Virus record (IMG/VR): IMGVR_UViG_3300020414_000984
DNA length: 64,000 bases
Strand: one strand, 5' to 3'
DNA from: an uncultured virus (IMG/VR IMGVR_UViG_3300020414_000984)
Taxonomy: Duplodnaviria; Heunggongvirae; Uroviricota; Caudoviricetes; Crassvirales
The notes under the pieces are model-generated. The model worked only from the letters and a program-made list of their open reading frames with translations, was not told the origin of the DNA and made no database searches. Positions within the stretch are counted from its first letter, which is position 1, and every line of letters begins with the position of its first letter. The translations under genes were made by a program, and so were the position numbers. This document shows, in pieces, positions 29,567 through 39,114 of the stretch.

Positions 29567-29815
29567 TTATTTTAAAAAATGATTAATCCAAGCTGCTAAA
29601 CCGTTAAGATTTAGAGCCACTAAGTTCCATTGCTTACGTGATGATACTTGTACTATCACGCAAATAAAACCTATTATAAATAATATAGGTTCTAATGTCC
29701 ATTGACCAGCCATCAAAAAAGCTGCACCCGCATATCCAACACGAGATGCAAACTTTTGATAGCTTGTTAATTTATTTGTATAGACTAGTAGTCTAAGTAG
29801 TTTTCTTCTTACCAT
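29567..29815 (-). CDS. Small membrane protein between nrdB and nrdA
   Basis: Hydrophobic segments; fills the gap exactly. Confidence 0.6.
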   Translation of the reverse strand: MVRRKLLRLLVYTNKLTSYQKFASRVGYAGAAFLMAGQWTLEPILFIIGFICVIVQVSSRKQWNLVALNLNGLAAWINHFLK

Positions 29816-30768
29816 ATATCTTCAAAATCTTCACCTTCATTAGCCTTGCTATAATCAGTTGGCCTAATTGCAAAAAAGTCGGTATGAGTGTGACCACCAG
29901 TAAGATGATAAAACCAGTTAAGATTATTTGCACAGCCTTCATCATAAGTAAAAACACCGTTATAACCCAGTTCATTAAGTTTTTCATTTAATCTTTTCTT
30001 TATAAAGTGTTTTAAATCTTTTGCTTTAAGATTTTCAATATCGCCCATTTCAAACATCTTATCAATATATTTCATTTCAGCATCGTGCATTAAGCTTGCT
30101 GCTTCTATTATATCTTTTTCAGCATCCTTTTTAAGAGTTGGTATTTCTTCACACATATGTCTAAATAATCTACAACCCATTTTACTATGTAGTGATTCAT
30201 CTCTTACAGACCATTTCATTTGTTGTCCTATTCCTTTGAGTAGATTACGTAATTGAAAAGAATATAAAACAGCGAAAGCACTATATAAACTAACACCCTC
30301 TGCGAATGCGGAAAAGATTGCCAAGCTACGACCGATGCCCACAGGATCATTCCCGTTATAACCAACCAAATTATCAAATCGTTCTGCCGTAGCAGGTTCG
30401 TGTAAAAACGCTTCAAAGTCTTCAAGGCCCAATGTTTCATTTAAATAACTATAAGCTACAGCGTGTATTGTTTCTTGTGAGCCGAACATCATAGCCATTT
30501 GCTGTATCTCATGTTTTGGAAACCATGATACGACTTTTTGTGTCCAATAATCTGACACAGCACATTCAGTTTGTGCAAATCCTAAAAGGATATTGCCAAC
30601 TAAATGCTTTTCTTCTTTTGTTAATTTTTCATTCCAGTCTTTAACATCACCTGACATAGGTATTTCTGTATGTAACCAAAAAGCCTGAGCTTGTTTTAAC
30701 CAGCCTTCTGTGTAATACTCAGGGTACTCAAAAGGTTTGTACGGTATTCTTTCTTCAAATAATCCCAT
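29809..30768 (-). CDS. nrdB: Class I ribonucleotide reductase beta subunit
   Basis: FW...E, ETIHAVAY, AEG, DESLH and DFF motifs. Confidence 0.95.
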   Translation of the reverse strand: MGLFEERIPYKPFEYPEYYTEGWLKQAQAFWLHTEIPMSGDVKDWNEKLTKEEKHLVGNILLGFAQTECAVSDYWTQKVVSWFPKHEIQQMAMMFGSQETIHAVAYSYLNETLGLEDFEAFLHEPATAERFDNLVGYNGNDPVGIGRSLAIFSAFAEGVSLYSAFAVLYSFQLRNLLKGIGQQMKWSVRDESLHSKMGCRLFRHMCEEIPTLKKDAEKDIIEAASLMHDAEMKYIDKMFEMGDIENLKAKDLKHFIKKRLNEKLNELGYNGVFTYDEGCANNLNWFYHLTGGHTHTDFFAIRPTDYSKANEGEDFEDIW

Positions 30769-30769
30769 T

Positions 30770-30922
30770 TTAATTATAAGGCATTGTAAATGCTACATCC
30801 ACAAATGGGACGTAAAGCACATAAGTTAATTGATTTTCTTCTTCATAGGCTCTACAGCCAAACAATATACCTGGATAAAATCCTAATGATAAACTCCAGT
30901 TCCATTTTTCTTTATTCTCCAT
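30770..30922 (-). CDS. Small hypothetical protein (MENKEKWNWSLSLGFYPGILFG...)
   Basis: ORF track; internal ATG chosen to abut the upstream ORF. Confidence 0.6.
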   Translation of the reverse strand: MENKEKWNWSLSLGFYPGILFGCRAYEEENQLTYVLYVPFVDVAFTMPYN

Positions 30923-30923
30923 A

Positions 30924-31073
30924 TTATTCTTCATTAAATACTGCGTAAACATTTGCTTTTCGTTTTTTACTAAGTTTTACTGTAGCAATTAACTCTTTGC
31001 GTTCTTTTATTTCATCTTCTTTTACGGGATAGTATTTTGGGTTTTTACTATTTAATTTTCTTTTTTTAGCCAT
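30924..31073 (-). CDS. Small basic protein MAKKRKLNSKNPKY... (49 aa)
   Basis: Read from sequence; fills the gap. Confidence 0.55.
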   Translation of the reverse strand: MAKKRKLNSKNPKYYPVKEDEIKERKELIATVKLSKKRKANVYAVFNEE

Positions 31074-31236
31074 AACATTTTATTGAGTATTTATTATGTA
31101 TAAACATTAAGTCCTTCCACCTTAAACCTCCTCTTGATTTAATGCTCCACTTAATAAACGTATCTATTTTACGTTCTTTATACTTTCTCCTTGCAATGTG
31201 CTTGGAGTTTGAAGTATTTCTATTACTTTGTCGCAT
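31066..31236 (-). CDS. Small basic protein (56 aa) overlapping the endonuclease 3' end
   Basis: Read from sequence: MRQSNRN...IARRKYKERKIDTFIKW. Confidence 0.4.
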   Translation of the reverse strand: MRQSNRNTSNSKHIARRKYKERKIDTFIKWSIKSRGGLRWKDLMFIHNKYSIKCYG

Positions 31237-31649
31237 TCTTTTTGATTTTGGGGTTTAAATAATTTATAGTTAGGAAATTGTTGCATAACTAATCTTTTGA
31301 ATAGTTTCCATCGCATTGGAAATGATTCATTAGGTCTTCCTTTAGTTTCAATAATAAAGTCTTTACCAATAAAATCTGGTGTATATTTAATAGGTAAGAT
31401 TCTTTTCTCACCTCTATTTTTAAAATCTCCTTTACTATTTGATTGTCTTTCCCAACATTCATTTTCAAAATGAAATCCATTTAACAACACAAAGGTTTCA
31501 CCTTCATAGCTAGCTTTAATATGTGCTTTTTTCAAAGCTTGATACATATATCTTTCTAACCCGGAAGCGAAGGTGATACCATCGTATGTTACTTTTTTCG
31601 AAACTACAGGACCTCTTTTTCTTCTTCTTTTATAAGTCTTCTTCCTCAT
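31164..31649 (-). CDS. T7 endonuclease I-like Holliday junction resolvase
   Basis: FASGLE, YTPDF and IIETKG (PD-(D/E)xK) motifs. Confidence 0.85.
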   Translation of the reverse strand: MRKKTYKRRRKRGPVVSKKVTYDGITFASGLERYMYQALKKAHIKASYEGETFVLLNGFHFENECWERQSNSKGDFKNRGEKRILPIKYTPDFIGKDFIIETKGRPNESFPMRWKLFKRLVMQQFPNYKLFKPQNQKECDKVIEILQTPSTLQGESIKNVK

Positions 31650-31899
31650 CGAATTGTGTTCTTTTTAGCATACATTCTTCAATCTCATCACACAATACAA
31701 GTTTTGCTTTTTCAATATAATTAACAGCATCCATTAATTCTTCTTGTATGTGTGTTAGCCAGACTTCAAGAGATTGATCATCATCATTTAACGTAACGCC
31801 ATATTTTTTATAGCCTACATCTGAACGTGATTTAATCTTATTAATAACACGTTCAATTACTTTATCTCTAATCTTACTCATCTTTGACAAATGTTCCAT
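31630..31899 (-). CDS. All-alpha NTP-pyrophosphatase-like protein
   Basis: RSDVGYKKYG and WLTHIQEELMDAVNY (EExxD) motifs. Confidence 0.55.
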   Translation of the reverse strand: MEHLSKMSKIRDKVIERVINKIKSRSDVGYKKYGVTLNDDDQSLEVWLTHIQEELMDAVNYIEKAKLVLCDEIEECMLKRTQFDEEEDL

Positions 31900-32644
31900 T
31901 AATCATTTTACCAGTTCTATCTGATATTTGATTATATGCTGATGCTATACACGTTTCAATTCTAACGTTTCTTTGTTCTGCTAAGTTAGTTAACACAACT
32001 ACCATATCTCCAATAGCATCAACAAATTCAGCTTGATCATCTTTTAGCATTGCTTTAGCTAATTCACCAGCTTCTTCTTGTAGTTTAATGTATTGAGTTC
32101 TAGCATCACCATTTTCATATATACCTCTTACTTTAGCCCAATTTCTAATTGAATCAAATATACTTTGTTTAGATTCTATATATTCTGCCAAGCTTTCTAA
32201 ACTATTAGCATTATTAAAGAATTCAATCATTGCCTTATTATATACATAACATCTATTCTTGTTATACATTGATTCATGAGCATTATCTACTATCCAGTGA
32301 GCTAAGTCTGTATCTAATGATACTTTGCCAAATTCTGTTTTCCAGTTCATTCCTAAATTATCCATTAATCTACCTTTAAGTTTATTAACGGGAACCGGAA
32401 AGGTTGTGGTTTGTTCGGTTACATTTATTTTCATTTTAATTAAATTTTTATAAAGTTTATTATCAATCTTATACCCATAAGACTGTTGAAGTTCTATCTC
32501 TTTATCCGATATATAATCTATATCGTCTGACTGATCAAGAACTTCGTATTCTCCAGGCTTATAGCCCTGCGTTAGCGTAACCCTGTTATTAAGATTACGT
32601 GTAACGCCGATTTTTTTACCTGGAATATGATAAATATAATACAT
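31874..32644 (-). CDS. MazG-like pyrophosphatase with N-terminal GIY-YIG-like segment
   Basis: C-terminal KLQEEAGELA, DAIGD and R.GKMINGTFVK; N-terminal YYIYH..KIGVT..L..R. Confidence 0.8.
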   Translation of the reverse strand: MYYIYHIPGKKIGVTRNLNNRVTLTQGYKPGEYEVLDQSDDIDYISDKEIELQQSYGYKIDNKLYKNLIKMKINVTEQTTTFPVPVNKLKGRLMDNLGMNWKTEFGKVSLDTDLAHWIVDNAHESMYNKNRCYVYNKAMIEFFNNANSLESLAEYIESKQSIFDSIRNWAKVRGIYENGDARTQYIKLQEEAGELAKAMLKDDQAEFVDAIGDMVVVLTNLAEQRNVRIETCIASAYNQISDRTGKMINGTFVKDE

Positions 32645-33487
32645 TATTTTCCAACGTTTAGCTTTGCCTTTATTGGAGACAAAGGATTATAATTAATTAT
32701 TTTAAATTGTTTTTTCTTTGGTATCTTTAATCCAGGGTTACTTCTGTGTCCTCCTTTATATATAATACCGTCGCCAATTATTTCAAGTTTAGGTAATTTA
32801 ATATTACTTACATCTCTATAAATATATTCTTCTGCCGCTTCAAGATGATTTAAATACAAGTGACAATCACCAAGTTGTGCAATAAGTTTACCTGGTTTAT
32901 ATTCTGTATTGTGACATAACAATTCAAGTAATATGCCATACATTGCAATATCATAAGGTAAACCTAAAAATACATCTGCAGAACGTTGAATCCATATTAA
33001 ATCCATTTTGTCATTATTTATATTTACCTGTAAACCATAATGACATGGCGGCAAAACCATATTCTTTAATTTATCTGCTCTCCAAGCATTTATAATATGT
33101 CTTCTTGATGATGGGTTAACACTAATATTATATATTAAATTCATAAGTTGATCATAGCCGTTAAAGTCACGCCATTGTGCACCATAAACTGGCCCAAGCT
33201 TTCCATCTTTACGTCCAGATCTTTCATAATCATCATCCCAATAATGAACACCGTTTTCATGTAAATAACTTAGGTCTGTTCTGCCTTGTAATATCCATAA
33301 CAATTCAGTAATTGCATGATTAAAATATATTTTCTTTCCAACTAATAAAGGAAAGCCAATAGACATATCATGCTCTAGCTGTCTACCAAAAACAGATTTA
33401 GTACCAACTCCGGTTCTATCTGATTTTGTAGATGCATTTAATAAGCTTGCCATTAAAGCTCTATATTGATTTTCTATATTTGTCATA
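32644..33487 (-). CDS. thyA: Thymidylate synthase-family protein (Asp at the base-specificity site)
   Basis: DRTGVGT, ELLW, LGPVYGAQWR, LPPCH, QRSADVFLGLPYDI and DCHLY motifs; likely start MTNIEN. Confidence 0.9.
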
Positions 33488-33745
33488 ATAATATTTACAC
33501 ATTCTATAATATTCAGACCATATTGTATGTTTATCATAAATAGACGGGGATATATTTCCTCTCTCGCCTCTTTTATATGGTCCCATTCTAATTTCTATTT
33601 TCCAAGCCTGATTGTCTTCTTTCATTCCTAACGGAGATATTCGTATATTATTTCTTACACAATAATTATATGCTGCTCTTTCTTCTTTATTAGGAAGATA
33701 CTGTGGCATTCTATAATTTTTTCTTTTTCCGTATATACTTTTCAT
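33461..33745 (-). CDS. Hypothetical protein
   Basis: 94-aa ORF abutting the helicase stop. Confidence 0.65.
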   Translation of the reverse strand: MKSIYGKRKNYRMPQYLPNKEERAAYNYCVRNNIRISPLGMKEDNQAWKIEIRMGPYKRGERGNISPSIYDKHTIWSEYYRMCKYYYDKYRKSI

Positions 33746-35467
33746 TTATTCCCAGGGCATTGGTTCTTCTTCTAATTTTAAGGGTTCGTGCGGTATAAAG
33801 CAACCTGAACGCGGCTCCCATTTAAAATGAGCCTCAGCTCCATTCTCGCCGAGATTTTGAAACTTAACTTTAAGGACTTTTGCCTTGACAGTTTTTGCAT
33901 CATAATCGCGGTGTACGAGAAGGCCATGATAACTCGCGTCATACCATTCACCTCCCCCTTTGATATTATACATCGTTGGTTCTTCAATTTTTCCATCACT
34001 TGTTTTATACATTTTAGTTGGGTGGGCTACAATAAATACTAATACATCAAACTTCTTTGCAAATGTTTCAATCTTAGTTAAGTATTCCATTGTATATCTA
34101 TTTACATCTTCAGTTTTAGCATCTACATCTCTAATCTTATTAAATGGGTCTATAACAAGGCATTTAATACCTTTACGTTTAACTAGTTCTGCACCTTTAC
34201 GCAATACTGTTTCAAGAGTATAACGTTCCATATCGATAAAGAAAAAGTTATCGTTAACGTGTTCTGCTACTTGTTTCCATTTAGCTGTGCCAATATCAGA
34301 TTTTCGTGGCATATCTTGCCAGACTTTACGCATTAACTTATGTGCATGTAAATATGTAGGAGCATTCTCAGGTGATGCAAATGCTGTTTTCCAGCCATAG
34401 TTATTATTATAACCTACAACCATTTGATCGACAAAATCAGACTTCCCACTGCTAGGAATACCAGTAACAGTAATAAACTGTCCAGTATAAGTGCTGAATA
34501 TTTCGTCGAAGTTTTGTATACCAATTTGGTACCCTTTCTTAAAACCGTTTTGTACAAAGTCTGTAACTTCATGTTCTATATCTTTAAAAGTTGTTACATT
34601 TTCTAATGGCACTGGTCTACACTCACTAATTGTTTTAGCTAAGTCTTCTTTACCATATTTAATTAAATATTCATTAGCATCTTTACAATCAACAAAATTT
34701 GTTAAGTAACAAGTCTCTGCTCCTAACCTTCTAATTAATTCTGTTTGTAATGCTATACCAGCTTCATCAGCGTCTACTGCTAGAATTATCTTTTCTTTAT
34801 CTTCAAAGTAATCAATACAGTTGTCAAGATAATCTAAATTGTTATGATTTAATGTAGCTCCGTTTGGTACTGATATTACATTATGTATTCCTGCTTCATG
34901 ATAAGACAGTGCGTCCATCTCACCTTCAACAATAACACAAGTGTCATAACCCACTATACTATTTAAATTATAAAAGACTTTCTCTGCACCTTTATATAAT
35001 TTAAAATGCTTACGTCCGTCTCTATATTTTATATTGATAAGCTCATCACCTATCATGTAGTTGAATTTAATTGTGTTTTCAACCTTGCCTGTTTGTGGCA
35101 TGAATTCTGGGCCTTCAGATACATTCATTTCTTTTAATGTATCTTTTGATATGCCTCGCTGTTCAAACCATTCAATTACTTTACTACTAACGGGTTTATG
35201 TGTTTTTGTAGAATAATCTGGTTTAATATATTCTTTATCACCGCCACCTTTACGTTGATAAGTATGTAATTGAAATGTTGAGCTACAGTTGTGACAAGTA
35301 CCAAGACCACGTTCCCAATCATAACTAGCACATTTTTGTTTCCTGTTTTCAGGCTTGCGGTTATGTGAACACAGGGGACAAATCCCCTGCGTTGCACCAA
35401 CCTTCAAATCATGCTGGTTAAACTGGTCGATTAAGAATCCATTAATCTCCGTGTTGTTTACTTGCAT
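33746..35467 (-). CDS. Primase-helicase (T7 gp4/Twinkle-like)
   Basis: Zn finger CPLC...CHNC, TOPRIM VEGEMD and DADEAG, KDANE, Walker A GIPSSGKS, Walker B LVIDP, VAHP. Confidence 0.93.
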   Translation of the reverse strand: MQVNNTEINGFLIDQFNQHDLKVGATQGICPLCSHNRKPENRKQKCASYDWERGLGTCHNCSSTFQLHTYQRKGGGDKEYIKPDYSTKTHKPVSSKVIEWFEQRGISKDTLKEMNVSEGPEFMPQTGKVENTIKFNYMIGDELINIKYRDGRKHFKLYKGAEKVFYNLNSIVGYDTCVIVEGEMDALSYHEAGIHNVISVPNGATLNHNNLDYLDNCIDYFEDKEKIILAVDADEAGIALQTELIRRLGAETCYLTNFVDCKDANEYLIKYGKEDLAKTISECRPVPLENVTTFKDIEHEVTDFVQNGFKKGYQIGIQNFDEIFSTYTGQFITVTGIPSSGKSDFVDQMVVGYNNNYGWKTAFASPENAPTYLHAHKLMRKVWQDMPRKSDIGTAKWKQVAEHVNDNFFFIDMERYTLETVLRKGAELVKRKGIKCLVIDPFNKIRDVDAKTEDVNRYTMEYLTKIETFAKKFDVLVFIVAHPTKMYKTSDGKIEEPTMYNIKGGGEWYDASYHGLLVHRDYDAKTVKAKVLKVKFQNLGENGAEAHFKWEPRSGCFIPHEPLKLEEEPMPWE

Positions 35468-35477
35468 TTAATTTAAT

Positions 35478-35786
35478 TTAAAATGGTAAATCATCTACCG
35501 GCTGTGATACTGGTGCTGCTGCTGCCGGTTGATCTGTTCGAGGTGCAGCTGGTACGTTCTGGTCATTTGTCCAAACAACTTGAACATTACCTAAATAAAC
35601 TTTAGGTACTTTAGCATCACGCTCCTCTTTCGTTTGAGCTATTACAACTGGTCCTTGATTGCCGAACTGGTCGACTTCATCATTAAGGGTAATTGTAATA
35701 GGTAAGTATTTACCTTTCTTGCCATCAATAATTTTTGTTTTATCAATGTTATTAAGGTTAATACTTGTTTTAATAATACTTGCCAT
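35478..35786 (-). CDS. Probable single-stranded DNA-binding protein
   Basis: Compact beta domain, linker and acidic DDLPF tail. Confidence 0.7.
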   Translation of the reverse strand: MASIIKTSINLNNIDKTKIIDGKKGKYLPITITLNDEVDQFGNQGPVVIAQTKEERDAKVPKVYLGNVQVVWTNDQNVPAAPRTDQPAAAAPVSQPVDDLPF

Positions 35787-35965
35787 TATGCGTATTGATT
35801 TATTTGGTTAAACATTCTTTGCAACTGATCTTTCTTTACACCAGTTACTCTTCTGAAATTATCTACAGCTTTCAAATGATTTTGATTTTTGTAAAAATTA
35901 CTTGCAGAAGTTTCTAATCCTGTTACACTACAGATTTTCTTTTGAGTTTTTCTAGTTCTTGCCAT
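35786..35965 (-). CDS. Hypothetical protein MARTRKTQKKICSVTG... (59 aa)
   Basis: Read from sequence; TAATG coupling with the SSB gene. Confidence 0.65.
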   Translation of the reverse strand: MARTRKTQKKICSVTGLETSASNFYKNQNHLKAVDNFRRVTGVKKDQLQRMFNQINQYA

Positions 35966-35972
35966 AATTTAA

Positions 35973-36705
35973 TTATAATGTTAAGTTAATAAAATATTGA
36001 GATGGGTCAAATCCATCGGTTTTGTAGAATAAATCGTAAGCTTCTACTGCTCTTTTAACCTTGTCTTTACCTGATTCATAAAAATCGGGTGAACAATCTA
36101 CTACTGCTATTTGATGAGTATTCTTATCTATAACAACAAATACGAATTCATAACCAAATAATGTACTATATATGTATGCTTGACTATCGTAATTCCACCG
36201 GTAAGCAGAACGCCTGAAAGAATTTATATCTGAGGTAGTCTTTAAGTCAATCACAAGTTTATCATCATGATTAACTATATCAGCTTTACCTTTCCACATA
36301 ACTCCTTCAAGCTCTGCAATACCTGGCTTCTCATACTCAACATCAATACCACGAATAAGTCCGCGACATATATCATTTTCCAATACTTTGGTGGTCATTA
36401 ATTCTATTTTGTCAACTTCATGTTGTAATAAACACAACTCTCCGCCTGACATTTCTTTGTAAGCCTTAGTGTTCCTAGTTGACGAAGGTATTACTCGGTA
36501 TTTCTTCAACTTATTTGGTTCAAGTATAGCGGTGTGAAAATATCCGCCAACAAGAAACGCTGGGCTAGGCTTAGATTGTTCTCCAAGCGCTAAAGGGTTA
36601 GTTAATAAAGTCCTAATGTCACTATTACTTAAATATTGTTTACCAAATTCGCCATAATAGTTTTCATCATTTCTTAATTTTTCAATAACCTCTTCTTTGT
36701 TCATT
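35973..36705 (-). CDS. PD-(D/E)xK exonuclease (RecE/ExoVIII-like)
   Basis: LSNS, G..FHTAILEP, KGKADIV, DLKTT and YDSQAYIY motifs; likely start MNKEEV. Confidence 0.85.
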
Positions 36706-36723
36706 ATCCAAATTGATTCGTGT

Positions 36724-37302
36724 TTAGCTTGTAGCTTCAGCATTCTTTACAGCAACTTTATTTTCAACATCTAATAATGTTTTCTTTTGTGCTGCTGTTA
36801 AATCATACTTAGCTGTGACAGCATCAATTAAGCCGCCAGATTTTATATAATTAATAGCTTTAGTTACATCAGTAAGTTTTTGTTTTGTAGTTGCTTTACT
36901 TGTAACTTTACCATGATTATTTGTGGCATCACTATCTTGAGTGTCATCAATTAATAATAGGTTTCCTAACGCATATTTTTTAGCATAACTCGACGCCGAA
37001 CCAAATTGTTGTGGTGTCTGCATACCTTTCTGGTTCAGATCCACTCCAACTATCGCAACAGCAGTTAACTCCATACCCTTATCATCAGTTAACCTTGCAG
37101 TTGACTGAATAATAGGCATAGGGTCTGTAGCAATTAATTCTTCATTAATTGTAACTGCAATTCCTAACTCGTCGTTAAACGGTTTAATAGCTTCGAGAAT
37201 GTCTTCGGCAGAGCGAAAGTAATATTTGCCGAATGAATTAAATCTACTCTTCTTCGATTTAAATTTTGTTTGAATTTTTGCTAGTTTCTGGTATATGGTC
37301 AT
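36724..37302 (-). CDS. ERF-family ssDNA annealing protein
   Basis: KYYFRSAEDILEA and QQFGSASSYAKKYAL...DD.DSD motifs. Confidence 0.9.
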   Translation of the reverse strand: MTIYQKLAKIQTKFKSKKSRFNSFGKYYFRSAEDILEAIKPFNDELGIAVTINEELIATDPMPIIQSTARLTDDKGMELTAVAIVGVDLNQKGMQTPQQFGSASSYAKKYALGNLLLIDDTQDSDATNNHGKVTSKATTKQKLTDVTKAINYIKSGGLIDAVTAKYDLTAAQKKTLLDVENKVAVKNAEATS

Positions 37303-37311
37303 AATAATATA

Positions 37312-37320
37312 ATTACATAT
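37312..37320 (-). promoter_or_regulatory. Putative middle promoter (AYANGTRAT)
   Basis: Minus strand atatGTAAT, 9 nt, then the ATG of the ERF gene; just downstream of the sigma gene. Confidence 0.55.
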
Positions 37321-37356
37321 TTTTAATTAAACTTAAACGGTAATATTCACCGTAAC

Positions 37357-38121
37357 TTAAAGGTAATCAAGCACTTGCGAGGAATCAACGTTATCGATTA
37401 GACATTGTATAGCATCGCGTTTTATCTGAGAAATACGCACATGAGCTGTGTTTACATTAATATCTAACTTAGCCGCAATTTCGTTTGCAGAGTGCTTATC
37501 ACAGTCAAGACCGTAACTTAATCTAAGTACTTCTTGCTGCTTAAAATCTAAATGCTTTTTCATTAGTTGTAATAGATAGGCATTGAGTAAATGTATGTTA
37601 TATGGCTCTGATTTATCAATAACTTGATAAGCCATATTATCATCATCATTTGGTTTATCATCAATACTTGCAAATACACTATTAAAAAACATTGCAACCA
37701 TCTTTTCATCTTTTGGGTTGCGTCTTATTTCATTTAGTTTATGTTCAGGAATGCGTACGCCGCCCCTATTAATATCTACGGCTCTACGTACGGCTCCTTT
37801 AATTCTTTTGGATAGAAATGATTTAATTGTTTTTTCTTGGTCATCAGACTCAGCTAAAACAGTTCGGTCTAATTTACTAACAGCTGCTGTAAGCCCTGCT
37901 GCTCCTTCTTGTAATAAATCATTTATACTTAATACACCAGACGCTTGGTCTGACGTTGATTGTTTTCTCGCTAATGTTTCAACTAACGGTAAGAAGTTAA
38001 TTACTATTTCTTCATTTGTTAAATATGTGTAATCACCATCAATTGGTTTTCTTACACGTTTAAGTGCTGCTTCAACTTCTGTTTTATATCTAACATAATT
38101 AGCTATGTTATACTTCCTCAT
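37357..38121 (-). CDS. Phage sigma70-family factor
   Basis: Region 2 (FLPLVETLARK, DLLQEGAAGL, RIKGAVRRA), VRIPEH, and region 4 (QQEVLRLSYGL...EIAAKL...VRISQI). Confidence 0.92.
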   Translation of the reverse strand: MRKYNIANYVRYKTEVEAALKRVRKPIDGDYTYLTNEEIVINFLPLVETLARKQSTSDQASGVLSINDLLQEGAAGLTAAVSKLDRTVLAESDDQEKTIKSFLSKRIKGAVRRAVDINRGGVRIPEHKLNEIRRNPKDEKMVAMFFNSVFASIDDKPNDDDNMAYQVIDKSEPYNIHLLNAYLLQLMKKHLDFKQQEVLRLSYGLDCDKHSANEIAAKLDINVNTAHVRISQIKRDAIQCLIDNVDSSQVLDYL

Positions 38122-38756
38122 AATTCTTTATTTAGTATTTCTTTTTCTTGTTTTAATTGGTTACCCATATTTCTGTATATGGTTCGTGTAGTACACTTTA
38201 ACAACTTGGCTAACTTAGCTATAGTTATTTTTTGTTTACTATCGTTTAAATCTATCATGCATTGGTATATATCTTCTTCACATATTCTTTTACTTCTACC
38301 AATCAATTTTCCAACTATACTTAGCTTTTCACTTAATGATAAACCAGTATAATCTTTAAATATTACTTTACGTATACGATTGCGAGGTGGGGTATCGCCT
38401 GCTCCTAAAACTTCATTAATCATGCTGTCAAGTATTTTTTGTTTAATAAAAAAAGTAACAAACCCATTATCTTTATTTGCTATAAATTTAAAAACTTGTC
38501 GCATATCATCTTCAAGTGATATTTCATCCCCTTCAATGCCGTCATAATTCAAATAGTATAAAACTAAAAAATGCCATTTCAACGACTTATACGTAGTAAT
38601 CTTTGCTTTGCTTCTAAATAAACTATAGCATTGATACGTACCTTCCGCGTAGTAATCGTATTGATCAGTACTTTCGGTAGGCTTATCTGTGATAGGGTCA
38701 CGTCTATAATTTATTCGCCTATCATTTAGCCACTTCATATTTCTTTCATGTGACAT
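38118..38756 (-). CDS. DNA-binding protein with C-terminal HTH (replication initiator/regulator candidate)
   Basis: ITIAKLAKLLKCTTRTIYRNM helix-turn-helix. Confidence 0.65.
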   Translation of the reverse strand: MSHERNMKWLNDRRINYRRDPITDKPTESTDQYDYYAEGTYQCYSLFRSKAKITTYKSLKWHFLVLYYLNYDGIEGDEISLEDDMRQVFKFIANKDNGFVTFFIKQKILDSMINEVLGAGDTPPRNRIRKVIFKDYTGLSLSEKLSIVGKLIGRSKRICEEDIYQCMIDLNDSKQKITIAKLAKLLKCTTRTIYRNMGNQLKQEKEILNKEL

Positions 38757-38796
38757 TTGCTTCTTACTATTTATTTATTATTAGCTTTTGTCGCTC
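38749..38796 (-). repeat. (T/C)GACA-N~35-TGTCAC element, copy 1 (over the HTH gene start codon)
   Basis: Minus strand gcgacaaaag...ataaatagtaagaagcaaATGTCAC. Confidence 0.6.
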
Positions 38797-38881
38797 TGCG
38801 TTTTTTAAACGCTTTAATTTTATCTTTTATCCCCTTATAATTAGTTGTTACTAAATGGGTTGCTAGTTTTCTTCTACTCAT
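38771..38881 (-). CDS. Small basic peptide (36 aa)
   Basis: MSRRKLATHLVTTNYKGIKDKIK...; ATGA overlap with the upstream ORF. Confidence 0.4.
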   Translation of the reverse strand: MSRRKLATHLVTTNYKGIKDKIKAFKKRRATKANNK

Positions 38882-39114
38882 TTTCTATCGTGTTTTACAT
38901 TACCGTAAATAATCAATTGTATATCATCATCTTTATACACTGATTTCTCAGGGTAATTTAGGTATCTATTTATTATTTGTATATCTTTATCCAGCGGTAA
39001 ATTGTAATTTATGTATATCGCTGTTACTAGAGACGAATTGATTGCTATCAATAGTATTATAATAAGTTTCGATAACCTCTCTAGGAACTGTGTTGTAATC
39101 GTAAGGTGTTTCAT
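38878..39114 (-). CDS. Small membrane protein
   Basis: Hydrophobic LIIILLIAINSSLVTAIYI; likely start MKHLT. Confidence 0.5.
   Translation of the reverse strand: MKHLTITTQFLERLSKLIIILLIAINSSLVTAIYINYNLPLDKDIQIINRYLNYPEKSVYKDDDIQLIIYGNVKHDRK

Noticed and set aside
86..35467. Introns or inteins in terL, RNR or helicase
   Set aside because: All are contiguous and of normal or minimal length, with no intein or LAGLIDADG/HNH insertion motifs
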